The position numbers and the translations under genes are program-made. From assembly GCA_964016885.1 (NCBI GenBank), contig OZ024757.1:8928001-8992000 (forward strand): a DNA stretch of 64,000 nt, read 5' to 3'. The notes under the pieces were generated by a model. That model was not told the origin of the DNA and searched no databases. It saw only the letters and a program-made list of their open reading frames with translations. The DNA is from Eledone cirrhosa. Lineage: Eukaryota. This document shows, piece after piece, positions 36,158 through 49,104 of the stretch (position 1 is the stretch's first letter; each line of letters starts with the position of its first letter).

Positions 36158-36587
36158 TGTAATGTCGCCACGAGGAACCAGGTTAGGTAGAAAGATATGA
36201 TAGGAAATATCGACAACGACTTTAGCTTGGTTTTACATTATTTATTAACAACGGTTAAGAAGTGAATTAAGCTGGCATGCCAAGAGAAATGAAATAATTC
36301 AATTAAGATTACAAGAGAAAATACGGGCGACTGGCTGAAGGCGTTTGGCCAGGCTCGTAGGTAATGTTTTGTCGTTACATATTGTTTGTGCTTTCACGGC
36401 GCAAGAAAAATGGTTGTTTACCTTAGCACGGTCGAAGCTGCGAGTGATAGCGTCCTCAAATCTTTGCGGGCTATTTCTCCCTCAGAAAGCGTAGGGATAC
36501 ATCCTCTTCTACTGGCGCTGATTGGCTGAGCTGAGCCAAATCACGCACAGAGAATGTATGTGAGCCCGCAGAATGTAGGCCACTACA
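36158..36587. mobile_element. Possible solo LTR
   Basis: GC-richer ~430-bp block with TG...CA ends (tgtaatgtc / gccactaca) and an antisense AATAAA. No clear TSD. Confidence 0.4.
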
Positions 36588-36809
36588 ACTTCATACTATA
36601 TTTTAATGATACATTTTTCTTCATTTATTTTAAATAAATTATCAAAACGTATTAAAAAATTTATAAAACAAGAAAAAAAAACACCTCATTACAAAACCTC
36701 ATTCCTTTATTGAGAGATAACTAAAACTAAAGGTAATTTATAAAAATATTAATTTTAACAGCGTTATCAAGTAACAAAGGAAGAGGTAAAAGTAAAAGTA
36801 CAAAAGCAG

Positions 36810-37015
36810 ACTATAAGGTACTAACAGGTTCTATAAGTCACTAACTATAAGGTACCAACAGTAACTATATATCACTAAATCACTAACCAATAGGTACCAA
36901 CAGTAACTATATATCACTAAATCACTAACTATAAGGTACCAACAGTAACTATATATCACTAAATCACTAACTATAAGGGATCAACAATAATATATTACTA
37001 AGTCACTAACTAGAA
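36810..37015. repeat. ~42-bp minisatellite, 4-5 copies
   Basis: Unit ctataaggtaccaacagtaactatatatcactaaatcactaa. Confidence 0.85.
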
Positions 37016-37049
37016 CAGAAACTATAAATCAAAGTCAATATCTATATGT

Positions 37050-37228
37050 GGATTGGCAGTATCGGTAGAGGGTCGGACGCCATGCTTTCCAGCATAGTTG
37101 CGTCCCTTTACGATCTGAGTTCAAATCCCGCCGAGGTTGATTTGCCTTTCATCCTTACGGGGTCGATAAAATAAAGTACCAGTAATGCACTGGGTAATTG
37201 TTGGCCTTGTGCCTAAAGTAGAAACAAT
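37050..37228 (+). mobile_element. Full-length family 1 SINE
   Basis: A/B boxes, Nin-like core and an 11-bp TSD tatctatatgt. Confidence 0.9.
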
Positions 37229-37387
37229 TATCTATATGTATTTGTAAAATCTATGAAAATGCTGAGACCTTATGTGGTGGTGGTGGTGGGGGGGGGTGTT
37301 AAGTCAAAATTGGGATGCGTCTTCGAGCTTGTAGAATCTTGAAAGTCAGAGCATCTTCAATACCAGGAAATGTGGTAAGTAGCAGTA

Positions 37388-37503
<116 letters not shown>

Positions 37504-37790
37504 TTAACAGCAACAATAATATGTTTGAGATTATAAAATAAAACAAAATGAAAAAAAATTAATGGAATCACAAATGAGAAATGTTGAAGAAATACATGTT
37601 GCACAATCTCTTGGTACCATTTTAATCCCCAATATTGGTCCCTTTTCTCAGTTACGTAAGGAAAATGAATGTGTTATGCAGTTAATATTAATGACATTCA
37701 AATAATTTAAAAAAAAACGTTTAACTTAACATTATTAAGTGTATGGATGTAATATTGCTTTGCTAATGGCTGTGTGATTTACAACTAACA

Positions 37791-37841
<51 letters not shown>

Positions 37842-37881
37842 GATATTAAACAAATGGAAACTATATTTATAAAACCATATT

Positions 37882-37947
37882 TATTTCATTATACATATTT
37901 CAGGGATACCATATTAAAAATATGGCATGTCTTCGTCAGATAAAATA
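37882..37947 (-). ncRNA. Minimal type I hammerhead ribozyme (core intact)
   Basis: Reverse complement of 43715-43780 with one stem II mismatch. Confidence 0.8.
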
Positions 37948-40900
37948 CAATATATAAACAGTTTTATAAATAATTTTGACGTACCATATTATAAGCGACC
38001 ATTATATTAGGAAGCTGTCTGGATAATGAATTGTTTATAATTATTTAGTTATAGTGTTAAGCACAGTTAGAAGAAAGACGGAGAGAAAGAAGCGGAGAGA
38101 AAGAAAAGGAGAGAGAGAAAAAATATATAAATAGATAAGAGAAAGAAATAAGAGAGGCAAACGAAAGCAACAGATAAATAATAATTCCCCATACATATAG
38201 AGAAACTCAAGAGAGAGGGAGTCCTATATAGAGAGAGAAGGATAATAATTATTTAGTTATAGTGTTAAGCACAGTTAGAAAAAAGACGGAGAGAAAGAAA
38301 AAACGTAGATAAAGAAAAAAGAAAAAATGGAGAGAGAGAGGGGGGAGAAAAAAAAGAGAGAGAGAGAGAATATAAATAGATAAGAGGAAGTGAAAAAGAA
38401 ACAAGAGAGAAATAAGAGAGGCAAACGAAAGCGACAGATACATAATAAATATACATAAAGATAAACTCAAGAGAGAGGAGAAAGTGCTATATAGAGAGAG
38501 AAGGATACAGTTACATCTTTACGTCATGTCATATCAATTTGAATTATCAATTCATATGAAATGGGTAACAAAAATGCAAATATCAATATTCATGAATGAG
38601 ACATAGATATATATAATATGAGAAAATAACATTGTTCAATAATGACCATATGTTTAGTTTAAAACTCTGAGGTCAATATACCAAAAACTGAGATAAAACC
38701 TTCAAAAAATTACCCTATTTATAAAAATACGGAAATATATATGTATATATATATACACGTATATGTACTTCCTGAAAAAAGAAAAAAGAGAAAATTATGT
38801 CTAACTCTAGTCAATAATATAGACATACATATGACTTCACCTGATCAACTCTATAATTTCTTTTGTCATAAAAAAATGTCTTGTGTTATAAAAATTTCAC
38901 TGTATATATACATAAAATATACGATTAATATTCATGTCCTCACATATATGATTACCGTTCATGTATTTAATATTATGCATATCTGTAACATATACAGAAC
39001 CATACCTAAATATATATATATATGTATATATAAAATATCTGCGTGAGTTTTCCAGTATCTTTACGCACATATACAGACACATGAATACATAAAATAAACT
39101 CTATAAACCTTCTATATGCATGTTAATACACATATGGCCTTTGTATAGAGATAATCAAATATCAATATATCAGCACAGAAACATCAAAACATTAAAATAC
39201 TTTCAACACACTATAGAGTATCTCAGGCCAAAAACAATATGCTTCATATATTTACTACAGAAATCTATCCTTCCTATATTTCAAACAATATATTGCAAAG
39301 TTAGTTAGAAGCTATTAGAGTAAAAAAATTAAAAAAAAAAATTATGTAACAAAAATTATTTAAAAGATTTAGAAGACCCAGTGATTCTACGGATGCCCTT
39401 ATATTTAGTATAGAAATTTATCTTGCGTAAAATGTATTTAATACATTGGGAGCATATACATTTTAGAGTAGTTTATTACATCTTTGTTTATATTTAGGAA
39501 GAAGGTTTAAAAAGAAAAAGGTGAAGGAATCAAATGATTTATCGTCAGGTTTCATATATTAACTAAATTTCTTAATTAATTATACTACATTTAAAATTTA
39601 TATTTATATTTAAACGTTGAGTTCAATCTATGTCTGCAGCAACTGAATAAATTGCTCCTTAAATTAAGGAAATGTTTGGACTTTAATATAAAGAATACCT
39701 CCTCCACACAGAGATCACATGTCTCTGATGAGGAATTAAAAGGAATCCCTTTTGAGACAATATTCCAAAACATCGAATACTTAACATTATCTCGTTTAAG
39801 TTGCCAGAGTAGGCTTGATAGCGAGGTTGAGGATTTTTTGTTTGGATTGTGAAAGAATTCTTATGATTATTGAAGCGAAGTTTAAATTCTGTCGAGGTGG
39901 AACCAACATAGTTGAAAGAATTTAAGTTAGTTTTAACGTTACAATTGTATACTACATTTTTAACTAAGCAATTGTTATTTAACGGACAGTTAGATTTATT
40001 TCTACAGTTACAGTTATTTAATTGAATATTGTTTGGGTTATTATTGGTATTTTGGTTAGGTTTTAAATTCCTTTTATTAATTCTGTTAATATTTTGTGCT
40101 AAATTTTTGGTGGACGAGTAAGTTAATTTTATAGTATGTCTATTAAAAATTGAGTGATATTTATGTGTTCTAGGGAAGCGTTTGTCAAGAGCATTAAAGA
40201 ATAGTTTAGCAATATGGGTTTTGATATTTAGTGAAAAAAAGGGGGGGGGCAAACAATATTATATTCCTAGTTCTATTTCTTTTTCGGCTTTTGGAATTAT
40301 TGTAATGTTTTCTATTATAGTTGTTAATGTTGTTACCGTAATTAAAATTGTTATTATTTTGGTTAGTTTGCTTATTATTATCGATGTACTTAATTTTATC
40401 ACTATATCCTGCTCTAGCTAAAGCTTCATTGTAATACTGCACTTTTTCATCAAAAATATTTTTATTAGATGAAATTCTTGAAATTCGTTCTTGAACAGAG
40501 TTCACTATAGTATTTTTAACAGATCTTGGGTGATTAGAGTTAAAATTGACATAATTCAAGTTCTCATTTAGTTTGTGAAATGGATAGTGAAGACATGTGT
40601 TGAGATTTAGTGTTACATCCAGGAAATTGACTATTCTATGGTTATTCTCTATTTCTATTTTTAGATTAAGGTAATTAAAAAATTGTATAATTTGTTTTCT
40701 TTTTCTATTTAGTTCACAGTTATTATTTTCAATAAGTAAAAGCATGTCATCACGATATAATCCTCCGGTTACACCTGGAATTTTTCTATGCAGCGAATTA
40801 ATTATAAATAGGCCCACAAGGTCCGTTACCTGAGCTGAGTCAGATGATCACATAGTTATGTCGAAATTATTATCTCTATCTGCCCTAGTCCATAGTTGGT

Positions 40901-41976
40901 TATTAAATTCTATCAATGTTTTCCTTGCCGATAATATAATGTGCATTTCATTGCTAGTTAGGTCTGTATGTTTAAATGCGTAATTTAGTGCCTTATTCAG
41001 TAGATTAGGAGTGATAGATGAATTGTAGTTAGCAATATCAAGTTGAATAAACTTATTATTATAGTTATATTTAATTTCTTTAAACCACTCAATAACCTCA
41101 CCAGTCCCCTTCCATAACTTTAAGTAAGGTAAATTATGTAAGTTTTTAATTTGCTGTATTACCCTGTCTGGAATATTTTTTCTAAGTTTTCCCAGGTCAG
41201 ATTTTGATGGTGCAATCAATCTGACTGGCAAATCATTTTCAAAATTTCTTTTGTGATCTTTCATATTGATCTTGGGTTTCCTAGGCATGAAGGGTTGTGT
41301 TTTATTCTCAATGTCTAATTCATGCATTATACAAGATGCCTCTGTATTCATTTTTTCCAGTTCGTCCTTGTACTTTTTCCTTAGTTCTTTCAATATAAGG
41401 CCGTTATACATGTCCTTTTGTACTCCATAAAGGTTATTGGTTTTGTCCGATTTCACTAAGATCTTCTCTGGTTTTTCCAAGCCTTCAATATTATCCTTAA
41501 TGCATCTAGATAGTCCTGGCCTTTGAAGTTTCTCTTGAATTTGATTCCTTGGATGATAAAAATTATATCGTTTTCAAAATCCATTAATAGTTTGTTGGGT
41601 GTTGATTTTTTTAGATTTGAAAATGTTATCCAAATCTGAAACATTTTCATTTAGAAGAGATTTATCAAAGTGGAAGGCACGCCACCTGATTCTTCTTATA
41701 AAAGAGTCTGATTTTTCTATTAATTGTTTAATAAAGTCTTTGTTCCTAGGTAGAGGTATGTCTTTTAGAGAAGAAGATATCTTAAAGAATTCCATTTTTT
41801 CAGTTATAATATAAAGCGCTCAACAATATTGGAGCAAAAATATACGCAAAAGTTTCATTTAAAATTGTTGGGTTACAACAAGTAAATATTTTATAACTGA
41901 TATAAAGCACTCGATAAGATTTTGGAGTAGATATACGATATTAAACAAATGGAAACTATATTTATAAAACCATATT

Positions 41977-42042
41977 TATTTCATTATACATATTTTAGGG
42001 ATACCATATTAAAAATATGGCATGCCTTCGTCAGATAAAATA
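41977..42042 (-). ncRNA. Hammerhead copy with core mutation GAAA to AAAA
   Basis: Same stems as 43715-43780; T replaces C at 41996. Confidence 0.7.
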
Positions 42043-42714
42043 CAATATATAAAAAATTTTATATGTAATTTTGCGTACCATATTATAAGCGAGCATTATA
42101 TTAGGAAGCTGTCTGGATAATGAATTGTTTATAATTATTTAGTTATAGTGTTAAGCACAATAATTTTTGTTTTTTATTTGTTTTTTACTCTAATAGCTTC
42201 TAACTAACTTTGCAATATATTGTTTGAAATATAGGAAGAATAGATTTCTGTAGTAAATATATGAAGCATATTGTTTTTGGCCTGAGATACTCTATAGTGT
42301 GTTGAAAGTATTTTAATGTTTTGATGTTTCTGTGCTGATATATTGATATTTGATTATCTCTATACAAAGGCCATATGTGTATTAACATGCATATAGAAGG
42401 TTTATAGAGTTTAATTTATGTGTTCATGTGTCTGTATATGTGCGTAAAGATGCTGGAAAACTCACGCAGATATTTTATATATACATATATATATATATTT
42501 AGGTATGGTTCTGTATATGTTACAGATATGCATAATATTAAATACATGAACGGTAATAATATATGTGAGGACATGAATATTAATCGTATATTTTATGTAT
42601 ATATACAGTGACATTTTTATAACACAAGACATTTTTTCATGACACAAGAAATTATAGAGTTGATCAGGTGAAGTCATATGTATGTCTATATTATTGACTA
42701 GAGTTAGACATAAT

Positions 42715-42888
42715 TTTCTCTTTTTTCTTTTTTCTTTTTTCTTTTTTCTTTTTTCTTTATTCTTTTTTTCTTTTTTCTTTTTTCTTTTTTCTTTTTTCTT
42801 TTTTCTTTTTTCTTTTTTCTTTTTTCTTTTTTCTTTTTTCTTTTTTCTTTTTTCTTTTTTCTTTTTTCTTTTTTCTTTTTTCTTTTTT
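42715..42888. repeat. T/C-rich (18-bp period) expansion
   Basis: Repeating cttttttctttttttc-type tract; only a short seed exists in the opposite arm at ~38775-38793. Confidence 0.85.
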
Positions 42889-43714
42889 CAGGAAGTACAT
42901 ATACGTGTATATATATATACATATATATTTCCGTATTTTTATAAATAGGGTAATTTTTTGAAGGTTTTATCTCAGTTTTTGATATATTGACCTCGGAGTT
43001 TTAAACTAAACATATGGTCATTATTGAACAATGTTATTTTCTCATATTATATATCTATGTCTCATTCATGAATATTGATATTTGCATTTTTATTATCCAT
43101 TTCATATGAATTGATAATTCAAATTGATATGACATGACGTAAAGATGTAACTGTATCCTTCTCTCTATATATAGCACTTTCTCCTCTCTCTTGAGTTTAT
43201 CTTTATGTATGATGAATTATTATGTATCTGTCGCTTTTGTTTGCCTCTCTTATTTCTCTCTTGTTTCTTTTTCACTTCCTCTTATCTATTTATATTCTCT
43301 CTCTCTTTTTTCTCCTCCCCCCTCTCTCTCTCCGTTTTTTCTTTTTTCTTTATCTACGTTTTTTCTTTCTCTCCGTCTTTTTTCTAACTGTGCTTAACAC
43401 TATAACTAAATAATTATTATCCTTCTCTCTCTATATAGGACTCCCTCTCTCTTGAGTTTCTCTATGTGTATGGGGAATTATTATTTATCTGTTGCTTTCG
43501 TTTGCCTCTCTTATTTCTTTCTCTTATCTATTTATATATTTTTTCTCTCTCTCCTTTTCTTTCTCTCCGTTTCTTTCTCTCCGTCTTTCTTCTAACTGTG
43601 CTTAACACTATAACTAAATAATTATAAACAATTCATTATCCAGACAGCTTCCTAATATAATGGTCGCTTATAATATGGTACATCAAAATTATTTATAAAA
43701 CTGTTTATATATTA

Positions 43715-43780
43715 TATTTTATCTGACGAAGGCATGCCATATTTTTAATATGGTATCCCTGAAATATGTATAATGAAATA
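43715..43780 (+). ncRNA. Minimal type I hammerhead ribozyme (core intact)
   Basis: tattttat-CTGACGA-aggcatgccatat tttta atatggtatccct-GAAA-tatgta-TA-atgaaata. Predicted cleavage after A43772. Confidence 0.85.
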
Positions 43781-43818
43781 AATATGGTTTTATAAATATT
43801 TTCCATTTGTTTAATATC

Positions 43819-43863
<45 letters not shown>

Positions 43864-43996
43864 TGTTAGTTGTAAATCACACAGGCATTAGCAAAGCAAT
43901 ATTACATCCATACAGTTAATAATGTTAAGTTAAACGTTTTTTTAAAAAATTATTTGAATGTCATTAATATGAGCGCTTTATATTATAACTGAAAAA

Positions 43997-46219
43997 ATGG
44001 AATTCTTTAAGATATCTTCTTCTCTAAAAGACATACCTCTACCTAGGAACAAAGACTTTATTAAACAATTAATAGAAAAATCAGACTCTTTTATAAGAAG
44101 AATCAGGTGGCGTGCCTTCCACTTTGATAAATCTAATCTAAATGAAAATGTTTCAGATTTGGATAAAATTTTCAAATTTAAAAAAAATCCACCCCCCAAC
44201 AAACTATTAATGGATTTTGAAAACGATATAACTTCTATCATCCAAGGAATCAAATTCAAGAGAAACTTCAAAGGCCAGGACTATCTAAGATGCATTAAGG
44301 ATAATATTGAAGGCTTGGAAAAAACAGAGATCTTAGTGAAATCGGACAAAACCAATAACCTTTATGGAGTACAAAAGGACATGTATAACGGCCTTATATT
44401 GAAAGAACTAAGGAAAAAGTACAAGGTAGCAAGTAGGGACGAACTGGAAAAAATTAATACAGAGGCATCTTGTATAATGCATGAATTAGACATTGAGAAT
44501 AAAACACAACCCTTCATGCCTAGGAAACCCAAGATCAATATGAAAGATCACAAAAGAAATTTTGAAAATGATTTGCCAGTCAGATTGATTGCACCATCAA
44601 AATATGACATGGGAAAACTTAGCAAAAACATTCTAGACAGGGTAATACAGCAAATTAAAAACTTACATAATTTACCTTACTTAAAGTTATGGAAGGGGAC
44701 TGGTGAGGTTATTGAGTGGTTTAAAGAAATTAAATATAACTATAATAATAAGTTTATTCAACTTGATATTGCTAACTACTATTCATCTATCACTCCTAAT
44801 CTACTGAATAAGGCACTAAATTACGCATTTAAACATACATACCTAACTAGCAATGAAATGCACATTATATTATCGGCAAGGAAAACATTGATAGAATTTA
44901 ATAACCAACTATGGACTAGGGCAGATAGAGATAATAATTTCAGCATAACTATGGGATCATATGACTCAGCTCAGGTAACGGATCTTGTGGACCTATTTAT
45001 AATTAATTCGCTGCATAAAAAAATACCAGGTGTAACCGGAGGATTATATCGTGATGACATGCTTTTACTTATTGAAAATAATAACTGTGAACTAAATAGA
45101 AAAAGAAAACAAATTATACAATTTTTTAATTAACTTAATCTAAAAATAGAAATAGAGAATAACCATAGAATAGTCAATTTCCTGGATGTAACACTAAATC
45201 TCAACACATGTCTTCACTATCCATTTCACAAACTAAATGAGAAATTGAATTATGTGAATTTTAACTCTAATCACCCCAGATCTGTTAAAAATACTATAGT
45301 GAACTCTGTTAAAGAACGAATTTCAAGAATTTCATCTAATAAAAATATTTTTGAAGAAAAAGCGCAGTATTACAATGAAGCGTTAGCTAGAGCAGGATAT
45401 AGTGATAAAATTAAGTACATCGATAATAATAAGCAAACTAACCAAAATAATAACAATTTTAATTACGGTAACAACATTAACAACTATAATAGAAAACATT
45501 ACAATAATTCCAAAAGCCGAAAAAGAAATAGAACTAGAAATATAATATGGTTCCCCCCCCCCTTTTTTTCACTAAATATTAAAACCCATATTGCTAAACT
45601 ATTCTTTAATGCTCTTGACAAACGCTTCCCTGGAACACATAAATATCACTCAATTTTTAATAGACATACTATAAAATTAACTTACTCGTCCAACAAAAAT
45701 TTAGCACAAAATATTAACAGAATTAATAATAGGAATTTAAAACCTAACCAAAATACCAATAATAACCCAAATAATATTCAATTAAATAACTGTAACTGTA
45801 GAAATAAATCTAACTGTCCATTAAATAACAATTGCTTAGTTAAAAATGTAGTATACAATTGTAATGTTAAAACTAACTTAAATTGTTTCAACTATGTTGG
45901 TTCCACCTCGACAGAATTTAAACTTCGCTTCAATAATCATAAGAATTCTTTCACAGATCCAAACACAAAATCCTCAACTTCGCTATCAAGCCTACTCTGG
46001 CAACTTAAACGAGATAATGTTAAGTATTCGATGTTTTGGAATATTGTCTCAAAAGGGATTCCTTTTAATTCCTCATCAGAGACATGTGATCTCTGTGTGG
46101 AGGAGGTATTCTTTATATTAAAGTCCAAACATTTCCTTAATTTAAGGAGCAATTTATTCAGTTGCTGCAGACATAGATTGAACTCAACGTTTAAATATAA
46201 ATATAAATTTAAAATGTAG
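43997..46219 (+). pseudogene. Penelope-like RT/GIY-YIG polyprotein (~740 codons) with one in-frame TAA at 45131-45133
   Basis: Motifs SLKDIPLP..IRRIRWRAFHF, KSDKT, QLDIANYYSSI, GLYRDD, CNCRNKSNCPLNNNC, VVY..YVGSTSTEFKLRFNNH, CDLC and CRH. The two track ORFs share one frame, and copy 1 has TAC at the stop position. Confidence 0.88.
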
Positions 46220-46702
46220 TATAATTAATTAAGAAATTTAGTTCATATCTGAAACCTGACGATAAATCATTTGATTCCTTCACCTTTTTCTTTTTAAACC
46301 TTCTTCCTAAATATAAACAAAGATGTTTACGCAAGATAAATTTCTATACTAAATATAAGGGCATCCGTAGAATCACTGGGTCTTCTAAATCTTTTAAATA
46401 ATTATTATCCTTCTCTCTATATATAGGACTCCCTCTCTCTTGAGTTTCTCTATATGTATGGGGAATTATTATTTATCTGTTGCTTTCGTTTGCCTCTCTT
46501 ATTTCTTTCTCCTATCTATTTATATATTTTTTCTCTCTCTCCTTTTCTTTCTCTCCGTTTCTTTCTCTCCGTCTTTCTTCTAACTGTGCTTAACACTATA
46601 ACTAAATAATTATAAACAATTCATTATCCAGACAGCTTCCTAATATAATGGTCGCTTATAATATGGTACGTCAAAATTATTTATAAAACTGTTTATATAT
46701 TG

Positions 46703-46768
46703 TATTTTATCTTACGAAGGCAAGCCATATTTTTAATATGGTATCCCTGAAATATGTATAATGAAATA
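46703..46768 (+). ncRNA. Hammerhead copy with core mutation CTGACGA to CTTACGA
   Basis: Same stems as 43715-43780. Confidence 0.7.
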
Positions 46769-46896
46769 AATATGGTTTTATAAATATAGTTTCCATTTGT
46801 TTAATATCGTATATCTACACCCAAAACTTGTCGAGTGCTTTATTTCAGTTATAAAATATTTACTTGTTGTAACCCAACAATTTTAAATAAAACTTT

Positions 46897-46937
<41 letters not shown>

Positions 46938-46993
46938 GGGAAAAACAAAAACATTTGAGTCACATTTGAAAAAGGCAAGTTGTAAATGCATCA

Positions 46994-47131
<138 letters not shown>

Positions 47132-47674
47132 TTAGGTCCTAAGCATGGCCCAGGTTACCCCTTCATACGTGCCTAGTAGTAGAAAAATATTAGCATTTCA
47201 AATGTAAGATATAAAGAAGATACATGACATTTTTTTAAGTTCATCATATTGAGATTTTTTTAAGCTTAACCCTTTTCTTACAATATTTCTAATGAAGTTC
47301 ACTGACTACGATTGATTTTCAAATAATTTTTAGAAATAATCAAGAATTTGGAGCGACTTGAAAATAACTAACTTCCTCATTATTAAATTGATGTTCATAA
47401 CATAAGTTAAAAAGTTCTTTCATAGAATTATGATGAAAGGTTTCATGATCATCATCGTCGTTTAACATCCATCTTCCACGCTAGCATTTGGTTTATAGAT
47501 AAATATAAATTTTCTAAAATAGTTTAACAGAACCAGAACATATTTTGAGCAGTTTGATATAAAAAAAGGTGAATTCATAAATAGTAATCAGTAAGGTGTC
47601 ACAAAATTTATCTAAAATAAACATTATTTATTGAAAACATTGAATTAAAATTAACTCTGTATCATCATGATGTG

Positions 47675-47900
47675 AAGGCACATGGCTTAGTGGTTGGATT
47701 TGCAATCATGAGGTTGTGAGTTCAATTCTCAGATCGGGTGATGTGTTGTGTCCTTGAACAAGACATTATTTCACGTTGCTCCTTCTGCCAGGAGTTGCAA
47801 CCAGTATCAACAATGGAAAAATGGAAAAACCAATGGAAACATTGTTTCCTTGGTCCCATTTGATGAGGTCCACCGCACTTGGCAAGCGAATGAGGTCTGG
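47675..47900 (+). mobile_element. tRNA-derived SINE family 2
   Basis: A-box tggcttagtggtt, B-box gagttcaattc, then tgtccttgaacaagaca. Confidence 0.7.
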
Positions 47901-49104
47901 GATCTTGATCGATCGGAGTGAGAGCGATCATCATTATTGCTCAACTACAGTAAGAGACAGTCACAATCGTCCTCCACCAACTGCAGCTTTTTATAATCCC
48001 TTGTGGTCCTGTAGTCAAATTCTTGATTATTTTCAAAATAACTTGAAAACCATGGGCAATGTCTTTCATTAGAAATATACTAACTGAAGGGTTAAACCAG
48101 GTAACAGATTAAGTCTATCACCTGATTTGAGGGAAATTTGTCTTTAATTTTTAGCATGTAGAGTGACCACATAGAGCCTCCTGTGTTAGCAGTCTCATTA
48201 GAAACATGGAAACTAAAGGTTTAGATCTCTCCAAATTCTTGATTTTTTTTTTTTTTTTCAAAATTATTTGAAATCAAAGGCACAGTATTTCATTGAAAAT
48301 ATGATTAACAAAAAAAGTTAAAAAACCAAATTTAAAAAAAAGATGGGACGATGAAGGGGAAGGGTTAGAAATAACGGAAAATAATAAAATATTAATTAAA
48401 CATATTTACATTTCTCCCTAAAGCATGTAGGGTATTAACAACGTGTAACATATTTACTTTGTCATAAAGGTCAACAGTCTGGAAGAGGTCATTCTTCATC
48501 ACACCATAGTCTTCAGTGGCTTTTAGAAAGTTTGCGATATTCTCCATCATATAAAAGGCAGATTTCTTATCATTTATTTTTTTAATGCTGTTCGGGGCTA
48601 ATTAGTTCATTAATCTGTTAAGAAAATTAAATTAATTAATAATAAATGAATAAATTCAACAAGTTAAGGTTAGTGGGAGAATTGAAGTAAGATATCTCTG
48701 GACCTCTTTGATACCAAACTGCCTGAAACCACCCCTGGTTCGATAATAAAAAGCTGTGTTATTTTAAAGTACTAGGATTTTTTTCAACATGCTGACGTGT
48801 ATGTGTATATGTGTGTGTGTGTGTACGTGCATATGCATACATTTATATGTATGAGTATATAAATATAAACACAAAAATACACTCACGGGCATACATTCCC
48901 ACAAATACACACATTCACACAAACATACACAAACACTCACACACAGCATATCAAATGGAACACCAGTGACCGTTTTGCTATAGTTTTTCTCCATCCTTCT
49001 TTCCTTTTACACACACACAGTGTGTGTATGTGTGTGAGACAGAAGTCGCTGAAATTTATATATAGAATGACATTTATCTAAAAGGAAAAATCAAACATTC
49101 CATT

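Larger units (their letters stand above)
37840..42159 (-). mobile_element. Naiad-type Penelope-like element, copy 1 (frameshifted), with pseudo-LTRs
   Basis: Broken ORF 41795 to ~39581 is antisense-homologous to 43997-46219. Hammerhead-bearing repeats occur at both ends. Confidence 0.85.
43971..46900 (+). mobile_element. Naiad-type Penelope-like element, copy 2
   Basis: RT plus GIY-YIG ORF, followed by a 3' UTR and a pseudo-LTR at 46400-46900. Confidence 0.88.

Noticed and set aside
37050-37130. tRNA-like A and B boxes
   Set aside because: This is the head of a SINE with a TSD; no complete cloverleaf is present.
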